A stretch of DNA of 64,000 nucleotides from Octopus sinensis (lineage: Eukaryota), in assembly GCF_006345805.1 (NCBI RefSeq), contig NC_043002.1, positions 22,134,001-22,198,000 of the forward strand, read 5' to 3'. Positions 1 to 12,349 of the stretch are shown one piece after another. The position numbers and the translations under genes are program-made. Each line of letters begins with the position of its first letter. The stretch's first letter is position 1. The notes beneath the pieces were generated by a model that saw only the letters and a list, made by a program, of their open reading frames with translations, did not search any database and was not told the origin of the DNA.

Positions 1-52
1 CCCAAATAATGGTCAGGCTTCCATAGAATATTAACTAAGAAGAGATGAAGAG

Positions 53-1110
53 ATGATGCTGAGGGGATGGATTCTTTTTCTTACAAATCTTGAAGAAAAT
101 TTGGAGCCAAGGTTATTTTTTCGAGAGCGTTGTAATAATCTTGCCAGAGACCTATCCTTATCCAAAGAAAAGGTAGAGCTTCCCTCTTTAAGATTGAAAG
201 AAGGTAATTTATTCGCCAAAATATGTAAGGGAATCGATATTGAAAACGAAATTTTCATTTGTCAATGTTTTACACTAAATTGTTTCCACTTTGCTATTAC
301 AATGACATAAATGAACTCTTCCCAAATTTGTCTCTGGCTTGTATATCACCTCTTTACTGATTCGTTACAAAACACCTTAAAAGTTGTTCTATTACATAAC
401 AGCAATATAAAGCGATGCATCCTTACTACCAACTTTGTCCAATTAAAAGAGATATATGATAACATGGAAATACTGATAAATACCATTCAAAACCATGTTC
501 GTCTATGGAATGACTGAAAATGTCTCAAGGCTATTAGTATGCCAATAAGCATACAATCAGAATTTACAAAATAGCGGAAGGGACAGCCGTGCCATCACGG
601 ATTTCTACGTTAAAAGTGGTTAGCTAGCAAGGTCAATATACGCTCCGGGAATGAAACGTGTACAGCTTTCCCCTTTAGTTGATTTAAAGATATTTCTAGC
701 TTTCCGTATTAAACTTGTTTTAATGAAAAACCTGTATTAAAACAATAGTTGAAGTAGAATAAGATTATTCCGTTCGGATTTTTAAAGATGTCTTAATATA
801 AGTGTAAAAAAGTTTAAAGTAGGAAATTTTGTGGATCTTTACGTCAGAAAGGTTTTAAATTATACTGAATTTGAATAAACTCACAATACACTAGAATCAT
901 AAGTTGTCAGGCTTTTAAACGAAATCTTTCCAGGGAATAATAAATCCCCTTCAAATAAAGATGGAATTCGGAACTTCGTTTGATTCATATAGATGTTCAA
1001 AATACCATTCCTGCATTTTTATGTAGGTATTTTTTTTCCAGAAAATATTGGTGCAGTAAATGATGAATCAGGAGAACGATTACATCAAGAACTTGGCAAA
1101 AGCGATTGTA
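53..1110 (+). mobile_element. Decayed DNA-transposon transposase (CMC/Chapaev-3-like), many stops and frameshifts
   Basis: Collinear motifs across frames: NNLARDLSLSKEKVELPSLRLKEGNL (53-310 ORF), HLFTDSLQNTLKVVLLHNSN..LKEIYDNMEIL (311-517 ORF), LKAISMPISIQSEFTK (~525-570), PLVDLK...IKLVLMK (~670-730), FFPENIGAVNDESGERLHQE (~1035-1092). They match the widespread animal transposase family with LNDLVRDL, WRLFIDSS..LKAVLLHNGN, HIKLGLMK and GAVSDEHGERFHQ. Superfamily name is from memory. No TIR seen. Confidence 0.75.
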
Positions 1111-1124
1111 ATAGACAGAGCGAA

Positions 1125-1600
1125 GAGGGCTGAGGACAGACACTCTCCTCTTCGGTCAAGTCCTCGTCGACTTTTTCAAGTTCTACTGAGAAAGGAAAGT
1201 GAAGGTGAAGGGAAAAGTGTTTGCTCCCAGTTGGTCAAAAGGCGAAGAACAGTGGTAAAAACGGTTAGAGAGAATGGAACTAGTCCGGACATGCACCTGT
1301 AAATTGGAACAAACAGGTAAGTGAATGTCTGATGACATTCCAGGTGTCGAGTGCTGAACAGTAATCTTCTCTTGATCCAGAATTGCAACTTCATAAAAAA
1401 AGATGAGCTGCGAGAAGGTGTGTCTTACACATGGAGATCACTCTTCGTCAACGTTCAGGAAAATCTTCAGGTAATGCAACTTCAGCACGTTATATCAACA
1501 GCCACGGCATGCCGAGTCCGCCTTTCAGATTGCGCTGGGTGCAGACGGATTGCTTGACCACTGGAAAGCGTCTCCCACAGGAAGTAAAAAAGTAGACACT
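1125..1600 (-). mobile_element. L1/Tx1-like LINE ORF2 fragment (post-RT region), decayed
   Basis: Minus strand ~1590-1490 reads FLW..(frameshift)..RFPVVKQSVCTQRNLKGGLGMPWLL, the FLW...GGLG motif of L1/Tx1 ORF2. A C-terminal-like ..ECLSSALF occurs near 1130-1150. Confidence 0.55.
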
Positions 1601-2134
1601 CCAGATTCTCCAAACTGAGACTAGAAAAAGGTACAACAAGCAAATGATGGGTGATTCTGGATTTGTGGGGTCCCTTGGTTGGCCCCAGCTGGTGCTTCTA
1701 TCAGGAAGATTGCATCATTCTTGTGTTCAAATGTTTTATACACTGTGTACTTTTTAAAAATCTCATCTTCCTCTACTTTCCTTTTCTTCACTTCACCTTT
1801 TTGTGCAGCCTCACCCACCACAAATATTGTAAACTGTCTTTGTAATGCCTCCTCATCTGATGCCCCTGTGCAAAATATATCTTCATGTGGCGGTAATTGT
1901 GATGGAGGTGGTGTCGTAGAAGCGTAGAATTGCTATTCAATTCCTAATTTAGCATAGACACCAGTGACATAACACAGGCTACAGAGTTGCTTGTAGTAAC
2001 ATTGTTATTGCGTACAATGTATTCTCTTAATGTATAATGAGTTATTCACATTTTCCAACTTCCAAAAACGTATGTGACAAAGTAGTTTGAATTTGCCGTT
2101 AGCTCCAATTGCACGTGTTGTAATTTTTTAAAAA

Positions 2135-2490
2135 ATATGATATCCTTTCAAATCCATTTCTGCTATTTTGATATCATTGAAATATCTGACTTGATTTCTT
2201 TTGCTATTTCGATATCCTTGATTTATTTATTTCTTTTCAACTTGATATCCTTGAGTTGTGTATTTCGATAACCTTTTTTCCGATATTTATTTTAATATTT
2301 CTTCGGTGTTTTGATTTCGTTGAGATCAACAATTTCTATTTTCATATCCTAAAGGGTTCTATTTTGATATGATTGATAACTTCTTTGATATTTTTTCTTC
2401 TATTTTGATATCCTTGAGGTCTGTATTTTTCTATTTTGGCATACTAAAGCCATCCATTTTAATATTCGTTTAAGATATTGATGAGATCTA
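2135..2490. repeat. Old degenerate minisatellite with core TATTTTGATATCCTTGA
   Basis: About 12 recurrences of (T)TTGATATC(C)TTGA-like cores spaced ~20-40 bp apart (e.g. 2166, 2207, 2241, 2361, 2402). Confidence 0.55.
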
Positions 2491-3050
2491 AGTTTCGGCG
2501 ATTTTTTCGTTTTATATACATATAATGGCAGTGAACAAAGTGGCAGGAAAGTAAATACCAAACCATTACGTGGCGAACCACAATCTTCGTTTCATAGATC
2601 TAAACGAAGCAACGTTACATAAGAACACAACAAAAGAGACATGGCGTTTGAAAAGTAAATAGGATGCCTAATATGGCATTTCAAACACTTTATTTTCAAC
2701 TTACGTACAAGAATTTACTTGGCATCATTTTCGAAAAAGATTAGATACGAGGAATGTTTATATGAAATTAAGACTGCAGCTTAACATTCTGGCGGTTGTT
2801 TTACTTTCACTTTGACCTCTACCATTACGGTGGTGCTGCTGCAATGAATAAATCCTTTTAACGCTGCAGTATTTACTTGTAGCTGAGTGAGTAGATAGGT
2901 CCGTTAAAGGTTCATTGTTTCGATAGTGATGGTGAACCCCAAACTACTTGATTATTAGACTAATTGACCTTTACTTTCTTCGAGTTTGGTATCTTCAGTG
3001 TTAAACCACTCCTCGTATTGCCCAAATTCACAACAGAATGTATGTCGGGT

Positions 3051-4112
3051 AATAGAAGAGGCATTGCCTATGCTGAAAGTAGACGCTAAATAGTTAGACC
3101 GCTTTAAAATTATCACTTTTATAGAACACAACGTGTTAAAATCGGAGGAACAGGCTCACAGAAATTCATAAAATAGCCTTGGATTGATCAGTTTTTGATC
3201 AGATTATTTGAATAACGTTTCCTCATCAGCAAGGCATGCTTAGGGAAATAAATGAGATATTTACACATACTCACAGGAAAGGAAAGGCAAAGCTACGGTT
3301 ACATACAAATACCACAAATACATCCGTTTCAAATTTCGTAGTCTACCTCAGCACGTGTGTATATGGTCAGAGTAGTACAGAAGTGACTAGACTGACCCGA
3401 AGCGAATGGAAATTATTAAGTTATAATAATAAAAGATAAAACCGTTAAAAAATTTATCAGTTACCAGCATATAATATTGGGGGAGACCCTCTTCGGTCAT
3501 GAATGACCATGGGATTGCACCTAGAAAGTTACCCTCCGAGGTACAAGACCAGGCAAGGTTGTTTATGGAAGACCAGCAGTCGCCCATGCATACAAGCCTT
3601 CCCTCTTCACACCATTAATGTTATCCAAGGGAAAGGCAAAGGCCGATATAGCTTGGCACCTGTAACATCGCAACTCATTTCTACAGCTGAGTGAACTGGA
3701 GCAAGGTGAAATAAAGTGTCTTGCTCAAGAACACAACAAGCAGCCCGGTCCGGGAATCGAACTCACAACCTCACGATCGTAAGCTCGACGCTCTAATCAC
3801 TGAGCCATGGGCCTTCACATAGCCCTATTAAGGTGAATTCATATATAGAGATTTATAATAGTATATCAGCGTTGCGTTTGCTTTTCTGTAGGTATGTATA
3901 AAATATCTCATTTATTTCCCTTAGTATGCCTTGCTGACGAGGAAAAGTTATTGGCCTAACCCACAAATTGATCAATCCAAGGCTAACCATTTTATGAATT
4001 CCTGTGAGCCTACTCCCTCGGTTTCAATACATTGTGTACTACAAAAGTGATCATTTTAAAGTGATTTGACGATTTAGCACCTACTTTTAGCGTAGTCATG
4101 GCCTCTTCTATT
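3051..4112. mobile_element. Foldback/MITE-like element with ~220-240 bp inverted arms (3051-~3290 and ~3870-4112), interrupted by a SINE
   Basis: Left arm AATAGAAGAGG...CACAGAAATTCATAAAAT..GCCTTGGATTGATCA..CCTCATCAGCAAGGCATGCTTAGGGAAATAAATGAGATATTT aligns with the reverse complement of 3892-4112 at roughly 75-80% identity by eye. No TSD found. Confidence 0.8.
3479..3818 (-). mobile_element. tRNA-derived SINE (group E), full length
   Basis: Minus strand: A-box TGGCTCAGTGATTAGAGC and B-box GTTCGATTCCC, then a CORE-like block GTTCTTGAGCAAGACACTTTATTTCACC and a unique 3' tail. Confidence 0.8.
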
Positions 4113-4324
4113 CGCTTAATTATAATTGTATTTTAAACCATTATAAGTCTCTTTCTGTGACTGTCTGTCTCTCCCTCCCTCCCTCTCTGTATATATATAT
4201 ATATGTCTTTTTTTATATATAACTTTTTTTGATAAGGTTCATTTCAGGAACTAAAACATGTTATAATGTATATATAAAAATTAAAAATTGTATAATACAG
4301 CAGCATTTTCGAACTTCATTTTTT

Positions 4325-4374
<50 letters not shown>

Positions 4375-4686
4375 TATATGGTTCGAATGTACAGAGATCA
4401 AAACACAAACACAGGTGAGAGAGCAACAAGCAAGTATATTAGTTCGAAACTCGGCAAGAATGGGCCTACGCTCTTCCACAGAAAGGGTTGAGAGTAAAAA
4501 AAAAAAATATGGAGATAGAGAGAGAGGGGTAAGAAACGGAGTATTAAAAAATTGTGCTGGGATTAACAGGTTAACATTACGAAATGACTGTATATATATA
4601 TATCAATATACATATATATTTTGAAGGTAGTTTGGGTAAATCCCAGCTGTTTCCTCTTGACAAACATCTGTAGGTATATATATTTA

Positions 4687-4968
4687 TGTATGTATGCATG
4701 TATGTATGTATGTATGTATGCATGTATGTATGTATGTATGTATGTATGTATGCATGTATGTGTGTGTATGCTTGTATGTATGTATGTGTGTATGTATGCA
4801 TGAATGTATGTGTGTATGTATGTGTGTATGTATGTATGCATGTATGTATGCATGTATGTATGTATGTATATATGTATGTATGTATGTATGTATATATGTA
4901 TGTAGTTATGTATGTATGTATGTATGTATGTATGTATGTAGTTATGTATGTATGTATGTATGTATGTG

Positions 4969-4999
<31 letters not shown>

Positions 5000-5100
5000 T
5001 ATAGGTATGTATGTATGTATGTATGTATGTATGTATGTATGTATGTATGTTATGTGTAATATGTATGTATGTATGTGTATGTATTATGTATTGTAGCATG

Positions 5101-5132
<32 letters not shown>

Positions 5133-5670
5133 TGTATGTATGCATGTATGTATGTATGTATGTATGTTTGTATGTATGTATGTATGTATGTGTATGTATG
5201 TATTTATTTTATGTATGTATGTATGTATGTATGTATGTATGGTATTATGTATGTATGTATGTATGTTGTATGTCTGTATGTGTATATGTATGTATGTATG
5301 TGTATATGTATGTATGTATGTATGTATGTAGGTATGTATGTATGTATGTTTGTATGTATGTATGTATGTATGTATGCATGTATGTATGTATGTATGTATT
5401 ATGTATGTATGTATTATGTATGTATGTATGTATGTATGTATGTATTCATGTATGTATGTATGTATGTATGTATGTATGTATTATGTATGTAGTATGTATG
5501 TATGTATTATGTGTGTATGTGCATGTATTATGTATGTATGTTATGTATGCTTGTATGTATGTATGTATGTATGTGTGTGTGTATGCATAATGTATGTGTG
5601 TATGCATGTGGTGTGTATGATGATGTATGTAGTATGCATGTATGTATGTTGTATGTATGTATGTATGATG
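4687..5670. repeat. ~1 kb interrupted (TATG)n microsatellite
   Basis: Direct reading; source of the overlapping MYVC/HTYI ORFs. Confidence 0.97.
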
Positions 5671-5765
5671 GCTGCATTGGAGTGATGGACGGACGAATGT
5701 TTTGAGTTTGAGTTCGTGTGTGTGTGTATGTCCAAGTTCCTCCATATGTGAATGAGTATGTTTCA

Positions 5766-5808
5766 GTCTCTCTCTCTCTCTCTCTCTCTCTGTCTGTCTG
5801 TCTGTCTG

Positions 5809-5852
<44 letters not shown>

Positions 5853-5860
5853 GTCTGTCT

Positions 5861-5891
<31 letters not shown>

Positions 5892-5913
5892 GTCTATCTA
5901 TCTGTCTTCTATC

Positions 5914-5955
<42 letters not shown>

Positions 5956-6156
5956 GTCCGTCTATATGTCTGTGTGTAAGCATGAATGTATGAGTGTGTG
6001 TATGCATGTGCACATGTGTATCCATGTGTAAGGTTCTCTCTCTCCTTCTCTCCCCCCTCTCTCGTTGCTTAAGGATATACATATAGATAGACACACACAC
6101 ATATACACAAACATATTATATATATGAATATATACATATATATGTGTATACACACA

Positions 6157-6198
<42 letters not shown>

Positions 6199-6440
6199 AA
6201 AAAACATAGGCTTATGTTTATGAGTGCGCATGCGTTTGTGTGTGCTTGCAAGTCTTTTTTATGTACGTTTGTCTGTGTGTGAGATTGTTGTGTACGTGTG
6301 TGTACGTGTGTGTGTGTGTGTGTGTGCGTGCGTGTGTGCGTGAGTTTCTTTGTTTATATATGTATCTACATTTGCTTGTGTGTGTGTGTGTGTGTATGTG
6401 TGTATGTGTATGTATGTGCGTGTGTGTATGTGTTTGTGTA
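5766..6440. repeat. Compound (TC)n/(TCTG)n/(TCTA)n/(CA)n/(TG)n microsatellites
   Basis: Direct reading. Confidence 0.9.
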
Positions 6441-6849
6441 CAAATGGGATTTACTGATTGTAAGCTGTTGATTACTGACAAACCAGTGGCACCGATATTT
6501 CAGCCAGTGGCACGTCCTGTGTGGCTTCACACCCATCTGACACTCCCACACGTCACGTCGGCGCACAAACCGCAACTCACGGCCGCAACCAAGGACACCA
6601 ACCCACAAACAAACCTCGTTTGCCACATACAATCCCCTCCTACCACCACCTCTTCTCTCCACCCTTCCCATACATATATGCATAACCACACACACACACA
6701 CACACACACACGCACGCGCGCATGCACACTCATATGCACATGTATACATACATGTAGACCTTCGCGTCACCGCACCGTCACAATCTAGCGAAAAGATAAA
6801 TATCAATCACGCACTTTTTCATACGTTCCAACACCGTTATTTCCACTAA

Positions 6850-7830
6850 TTCCTCCTCCTCTTCCTCCTCCTCCTCCTCTCCGCTCCTCCTCCTCTTCTT
6901 CTTTTCTTCTTCTTTTTCTTCTTCTTCTTCTTCTTCTTCTTCTTCTTCTTTTTCTTCTTCTTTTTCTTCTTCTTTGTCTCTCTTCTTCTTATTCTTCTTC
7001 TTCTCTCTCTCTCTTATTTTCCTCCTACTCCTCTCACTCCTCCTCCTCCCACTCCCCTCCTCGACGTCGTCGTCGTCGCCCCACGCCAACTCTTCCTTCT
7101 GCTTCTTCCCCGTTATTATCCCCTCATCCCCCTCTCCCTATCCTACCTCCTCCTCCCTCACTTCCTACTCGTTGTGTTGTTCTTTTTGTCTTCTTCTTCC
7201 TTCTTCTTCTTCTTCTTCTTCTTCTTCTTCTTCTTCTTCTTCTTCTTCTTCTTCTTCTTCTTCTTCTATTTCGTCCTTTTTTACCCCTCCCCCGTCCTCG
7301 TTCTCGTCATCAGCATCGTCATCCTCGTCACTGCCGTCGCTATCCTCGTCACTGCCGTCGCTATCCTCGTCGTGATCATCATCATCATCATCATCATCAT
7401 CCACCCAATCAGCACAACCACCACCGCCATCACGACGACAACGACGATGACCTCTAAATCCACCAGCACCAGCGGCAGTAGCAACAGCAGCACCGTACCA
7501 GCAGCACTGCACCGTCGCCACCACCACCACCATCTCCGCCACTACATCCATCACCACTACATTGTAATACAATAGCCACATCGGACACAATCCCGGATAT
7601 ACTCATCACCAGTCCCATAGCCTCCGCAGCAACACCCACCACCACTCTTACAACAACCAATATCACCACCATAATCAGCATCACCACCACCACCACCACC
7701 AGCATCACACCACCACCACCCACCACCACCACCACCACCACAACCACTACCACCACCACCACCACCATCATCACCACCACCAAAACCACCACCGCCATTA
7801 TAACTGACAACAACATTAACAACAACAACA
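6850..7830. repeat. Compound trinucleotide array (TCC/TTC/TCG/TCA/CCA/CAA)
   Basis: Direct reading; includes a 21-bp tandem duplication CGTCACTGCCGTCGCTATCCT near 7326-7368. Confidence 0.9.
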
Positions 7831-7856
7831 GCGACCGATCGATCTGTTAGTGGCCG

Positions 7857-8010
7857 ACCGATCTGTTAGAAATATCAGCTAAATCCCCACCAGTTCTTTA
7901 CCATACTCTTTTAAATGAAAGAATGGACACGTTAGATAATGTGGCCTTAGAAAGACGGATGTGGCCCCTAGAAAGACGAGATGGTCATAGTCGGTATTCC
8001 TTTGAATAAG
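7857..8010 (-). repeat. Unclassified interspersed repeat (group D)
   Basis: Reverse complement shares ACATTATCTAACGTGTCC..TTT..AAAGAGTATGGTAAAGA..GATTTAGCTGATATTTCTAACAG with 14400-14583, 21700-21790 and 30255-30430. Confidence 0.55.
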
Positions 8011-8295
8011 CGCTAACAATAAGTGCGCTAACCACACCATCAACACCACCCACCATTACCATCGCTGCTTGTTAGCGTTTCTGGTTTCTATTATTAGTAA
8101 GTTTTAGGGACTACGCAGAAACTGAGGTAATGTTGAGGTGATGATGAGATTGCTGGGCTCTCGTGGGTGTAGATTTAAGGTTCTAGTTGTGTAATTGATA
8201 AACAGGGGATTCAAAACGGATCGAACATTGGATCAGTTGGTATGTCTACACGTCATTTGTGGAATGTGTGTGTGGTGTGTGTGTGTGTATGCGTG

Positions 8296-8329
<34 letters not shown>

Positions 8330-8656
8330 TGTATGTATGTATGTATAAATTTATAGTTGAAATTTATATACATATAGCTAAAATTTATAGACGATGATAG
8401 GTGTATGAACAACAAGCATGTGTATTAGTTTGATGCTCGGGAAAATAGAAGTCTTTTACGTTTTGAGCCTACACTCTTCAACAGAAAAGAATAAGAGAAA
8501 ATGAACAGAGAAAGAATGAAAAGAAAACTTGTAGCTTTCAGCGATCAAGCATGGCAAATTATTGGGGAAAAAAGTTTGAAAGGAAGGGAGATAATAATAA
8601 AAATAAGAGGTTGAATAAACGGGAGATAATAGTGTTAGTGATCCCAACAAGAGAAG

Positions 8657-9632
8657 GTTGCATCGCTTTGATTTTTGAACCCCTTCTCTCGCAGGAAACT
8701 ATCAAGGTGCTTGAAAAAGTGATAATCTTAGGAGAAAGGTATGAGGAATAAGCTGGGTAGGGAAGGACTTCCTAGCAGTTTTTCGCTCATTTTGGCAATT
8801 TCATGGCAATATGTTTCTGCAGTAATGGTTTTACTGGGTTTTAGGAAGGTTATAGTGGATGAGTTCAGCAGTACACCACAAAACAATCATCTTAACCTTC
8901 GTTTTGAAGAGCTCGGGTTTAGGGAAGGTTTTCGGTTCCTCCTTTTGATCCAACCACTGCGAAAAACGCTTTCTTTATTATTGTTCAGAATCAACTTTTC
9001 ATCGCAAGTTACAATACGGTGGAGAAATGGATCAGTCTAATTAAGGAGAAGAAGCGATGAGCAAATTTCATATCTGCGTATTTTCTGATTTTCATTCAAA
9101 TCGTGTGGTACCCATTTGTCGAGCTCTTTTGATTTTCCCATCGCATGCAAATGGTTGCAGGCAGTTTTCTGGCTAACTTGCCAGTTCTCGAGTGGTTTTA
9201 CGTGGATTTTTCTCAACGGCGGTCTTTAATTGACCGTTGTCGATGACAGATGGGTGTCCACTACGCTCACGATCTTCCCGGCTCAGACCTCCACCGCCAA
9301 ATCATTTAAACCATTTTCGAGCTGACCACTCACTGGTCATTTCCTCACCAAACGTTTCGTTGATATCGCGTGCAGTTTCAACTGCTTTACGTCCTTTTTT
9401 GATGTTGAATAGCAAAATTGCTCGAATATCGCGCTTTGACAGTTCCATTTTAGATGATTGTAACAACAGTGGAAAAAATATCAATGTTAATTTATTGATG
9501 CATATAAGCAAGTCTATGTCTGTATTATCAGATAATTGCAAAAAAAAAATGTTAAAAAAATTCAAAACTACAAAACTCCAACACAAATTCTTCATGGTTC
9601 AAAACGTTGCTTACTTTTTGCTAAACATGATA
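8657..9632 (-). mobile_element. Mariner transposon (DD34D type), internally deleted and decayed
   Basis: Minus strand: 5' TIR-like TATCATGTTTAGCAAAAAGTAAGCAACGTTTT after TA; HTH MELSKRDIRAILLFNIKKGRKAVETARDINETFG; WVPHDL; DPFLHRIVTCDEK; YPAYSSYLSP.DYHFFKHL. The segment with the second catalytic D (HDNARPH) is deleted near 8775. Confidence 0.9.
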
Positions 9633-9645
9633 TAAATAACTTGCT

Positions 9646-9705
9646 AGATAGATAGATAGATAGATAGATGGATAGATAGATATAGATAGATAGATAGATA
9701 GTAGC

Positions 9706-9758
<53 letters not shown>

Positions 9759-9827
9759 TTTCTTTATTAGCCCACACAGGGCTGCACACAGATAGAACAA
9801 TTCAAGGTAGTAGATAGATAGATAGAT

Positions 9828-9865
<38 letters not shown>

Positions 9866-9930
9866 TAAATAGATAAATAAATAGATAGATAAATAGAAAG
9901 ATAGATAGACTGGCAAATGAATAGATGCAG
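9646..9930. repeat. (GATA)n array containing a ~55-bp LINE/SINE 3'-tail fragment (9756-9810, minus)
   Basis: Reverse complement CTACCTTGAATTGTTCTATCTGTGTGCAGCCCTGTGTGGGCTAATAAAGAAAT resembles 32340-32395 and the tail of SINE group A type 2. Confidence 0.75.
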
Positions 9931-9965
9931 AGATAGAAAAGCAAACAGAAAGATGAGAGTGTACG

Positions 9966-10065
9966 NNNNNNNNNNNNNNNNNNNNNNNNNNNNNNNNNNN
10001 NNNNNNNNNNNNNNNNNNNNNNNNNNNNNNNNNNNNNNNNNNNNNNNNNNNNNNNNNNNNNNNNN
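9966..10065. other. Assembly gap (100 N)
   Basis: Exactly 100 Ns; the true size is unknown. Confidence 0.99.
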
Positions 10066-10399
10066 TGACTGTCTTTCTCTCTCTCTTCCCTCCTCTCTCT
10101 CTCTATTTCTATCAACCTATCTATCTTTCTTTCCTGTATTTACTCGCCGAGAATGTGAAAATTCAACACACCTTCAGAAGCAAATTGGAATGGAGTGGTA
10201 GCATAAAAACCATAGTATAAAAAAATATTAGACTACATGTTTAACTGACTTTTATGTAGAAAACTTAGGGGCTTCTTTCGTTTTTGGATTTGGCTTGCAA
10301 TATTCTTTATATGAGTTCGTGTGTTGAAGCATATTCTGTTTCTTTGTATACAAAACTTCATGGTACTTAAGTAAAAACACTATGATTGTCTATAAGTTT

Positions 10400-10402
10400 G
10401 TA

Positions 10403-10468
<66 letters not shown>

Positions 10469-10485
10469 ATCTATCTATCTATCTA

Positions 10486-10535
<50 letters not shown>

Positions 10536-10615
10536 ATCTATCTATCTCTCTATCTATCTATCTATCTATCTATCTAATCTATCTATCTCTCTATCTATCT
10601 ATCTCTGTATGCCTA
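10400..10615. repeat. (TATC)n/(TGTC)n microsatellite
   Basis: Direct reading. Confidence 0.95.
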
Positions 10616-10904
10616 TCTGTCTACACGTACACACACGTATATTTTATCTCGTATGCTAATTCTCAACAGAATACTACAACGGATTGGGCACCGTTAAATG
10701 CACACAAGGGCTAGCAAGTGGTGCTAAACCGTACGTCGGGTTAACTCTGTTCCCCAAGATCAGTGATAGTTAGTTCGATGGGCCTTCGCAACCAGTTTGC
10801 CTACCCGATATCACTCACACTATCTTTTGCCAGTTTAATCGCAGTTTACTCTATCAGTTCCTTGCACTCCCGAACTTACCTTTGAAACAGAGGGGTTATT
10901 CAAC

Positions 10905-11135
10905 CTTCCTCCTCCTCCTCCTCTTCCTTCTTCTTCTTCTTCTTCTTCTTCTTCTTCTTCTTCTTCTTCTTCTTCTTCTTCTTCTTCTTCTTCTTCTTTT
11001 TCTTCTTCTTCTTCTTCTTCTTCTTCTTCTTCCTTCTTCCTCCTCCACTTGTCCTCCTCCTCCTCTCCTCCTCTCCTTATCCTCCTCCCTTCCTCCTCCT
11101 CTTCCTCCTCGCCTCCTCTCTTTCTCCCCCCCTCA
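10905..11135. repeat. (TCC)n/(TTC)n polypyrimidine tract
   Basis: Direct reading. Confidence 0.95.
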
Positions 11136-12349
11136 TCATTATTATCATTTTGTCATGAAGACTGGTTCACGTGGCATCAAAGCATGTTCACACATTGGTG
11201 GGCCTTTGTGACACGTGACCTGGAATTAGCCGTCATCCGGTATTAGAAGGTGATCTTGACCTGGTATTAGAAGATGATCTTGTGCCTCAGCCACAAGATC
11301 ATCTTCTGCCCTTTGATCCATAATTGGCAGTGGGGTTTTTGATAACTACCACCCAGCCTAATCTAGAGCATATCCGAAAATATAGTGGAGACGAACGTCT
11401 TCCTTAGTCACCACTTCCTAAATTTCTCGAACTCCCGAGTCTCACCACTGGATGCAGTTTAATGCTTTGCTCATCAGGATCGATCTCACTGATGATCTCC
11501 AGTTCAATTTACTGCCCGCCAATCACTCAAAAGCGTTGGTTGATCCGCGGTTACAATAGAAGCAATTCTCTTTTCAAGTGTCGCAGAGTGTGATTGATCC
11601 TGAGACCACGTATTTGTGGAGCAAACTTCTTAACCACAAAGCCTAGCTCTGAACACATTTTCCCATCTCCCTTTGTTTCCCTTTCATACACAGATACACA
11701 GATAATGTATATACAAGAATACACATATATACGCACACTTTCCCTCAATCTACTCACAGTGTATCTTTCCACTTCTTTCAACACACGCACACACTCACAC
11801 GTACACAAATGTGCACACACACACACACACACGCGTACACAAATGTGCACAACACACACACACACACACACGTACACACATGTACTCGCTTCTCTCTACG
11901 CACCCAAAAAGCGCGCGCGCACACACGCATATAAACAGAACCATATAACCAGATGCATGCAAACAATAACCTACACATACACACACTGGTTTTCGTTCTT
12001 TCCTTCTTTCTTTCTTTCTTTCTTTCTTTCTTCTTCTTTCTTTCTTTCCTCCTTTTTTTCTCTCTTTCTATGTTCTCCCCATGCATTCTCTTCCTCTTTC
12101 TTCACCTCGCCTTCTTCCCTCTCTGTTTCTTCTTCCTCCTCCTCCTCCTCCTTCTCCTCCTTCTCCTTCTCCTCTCCCACTCTCATACTCCTCTCTCCTC
12201 CTTCCCCTCCCTTCCCTTCCCCTCTAAAACGGATAAAGCAATAAATAACGAATTAAAGTTAAATTAAAAAGAGGAGAAAAATTGACAAAACGAATTGAAT
12301 TTCAAGTTGAGTCTGTTTTATTACAATTAAAACATATATTGATTGGGCA

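Noticed and set aside
3215-3945. CTGATGAG-GAAACG / CTGACGAG-GAAAAG in the foldback arms as hammerheads
   Set aside because: No stem II and no stem I complementarity; probably chance.
4229-6251. Long ORFs of MYVC/HTYI/LSIY type (also ~22500-22900, 34800-35200, 39650-40970, 48300-48600, 57500-58050)
   Set aside because: They are translations of stop-free microsatellites, with no codon or domain evidence.
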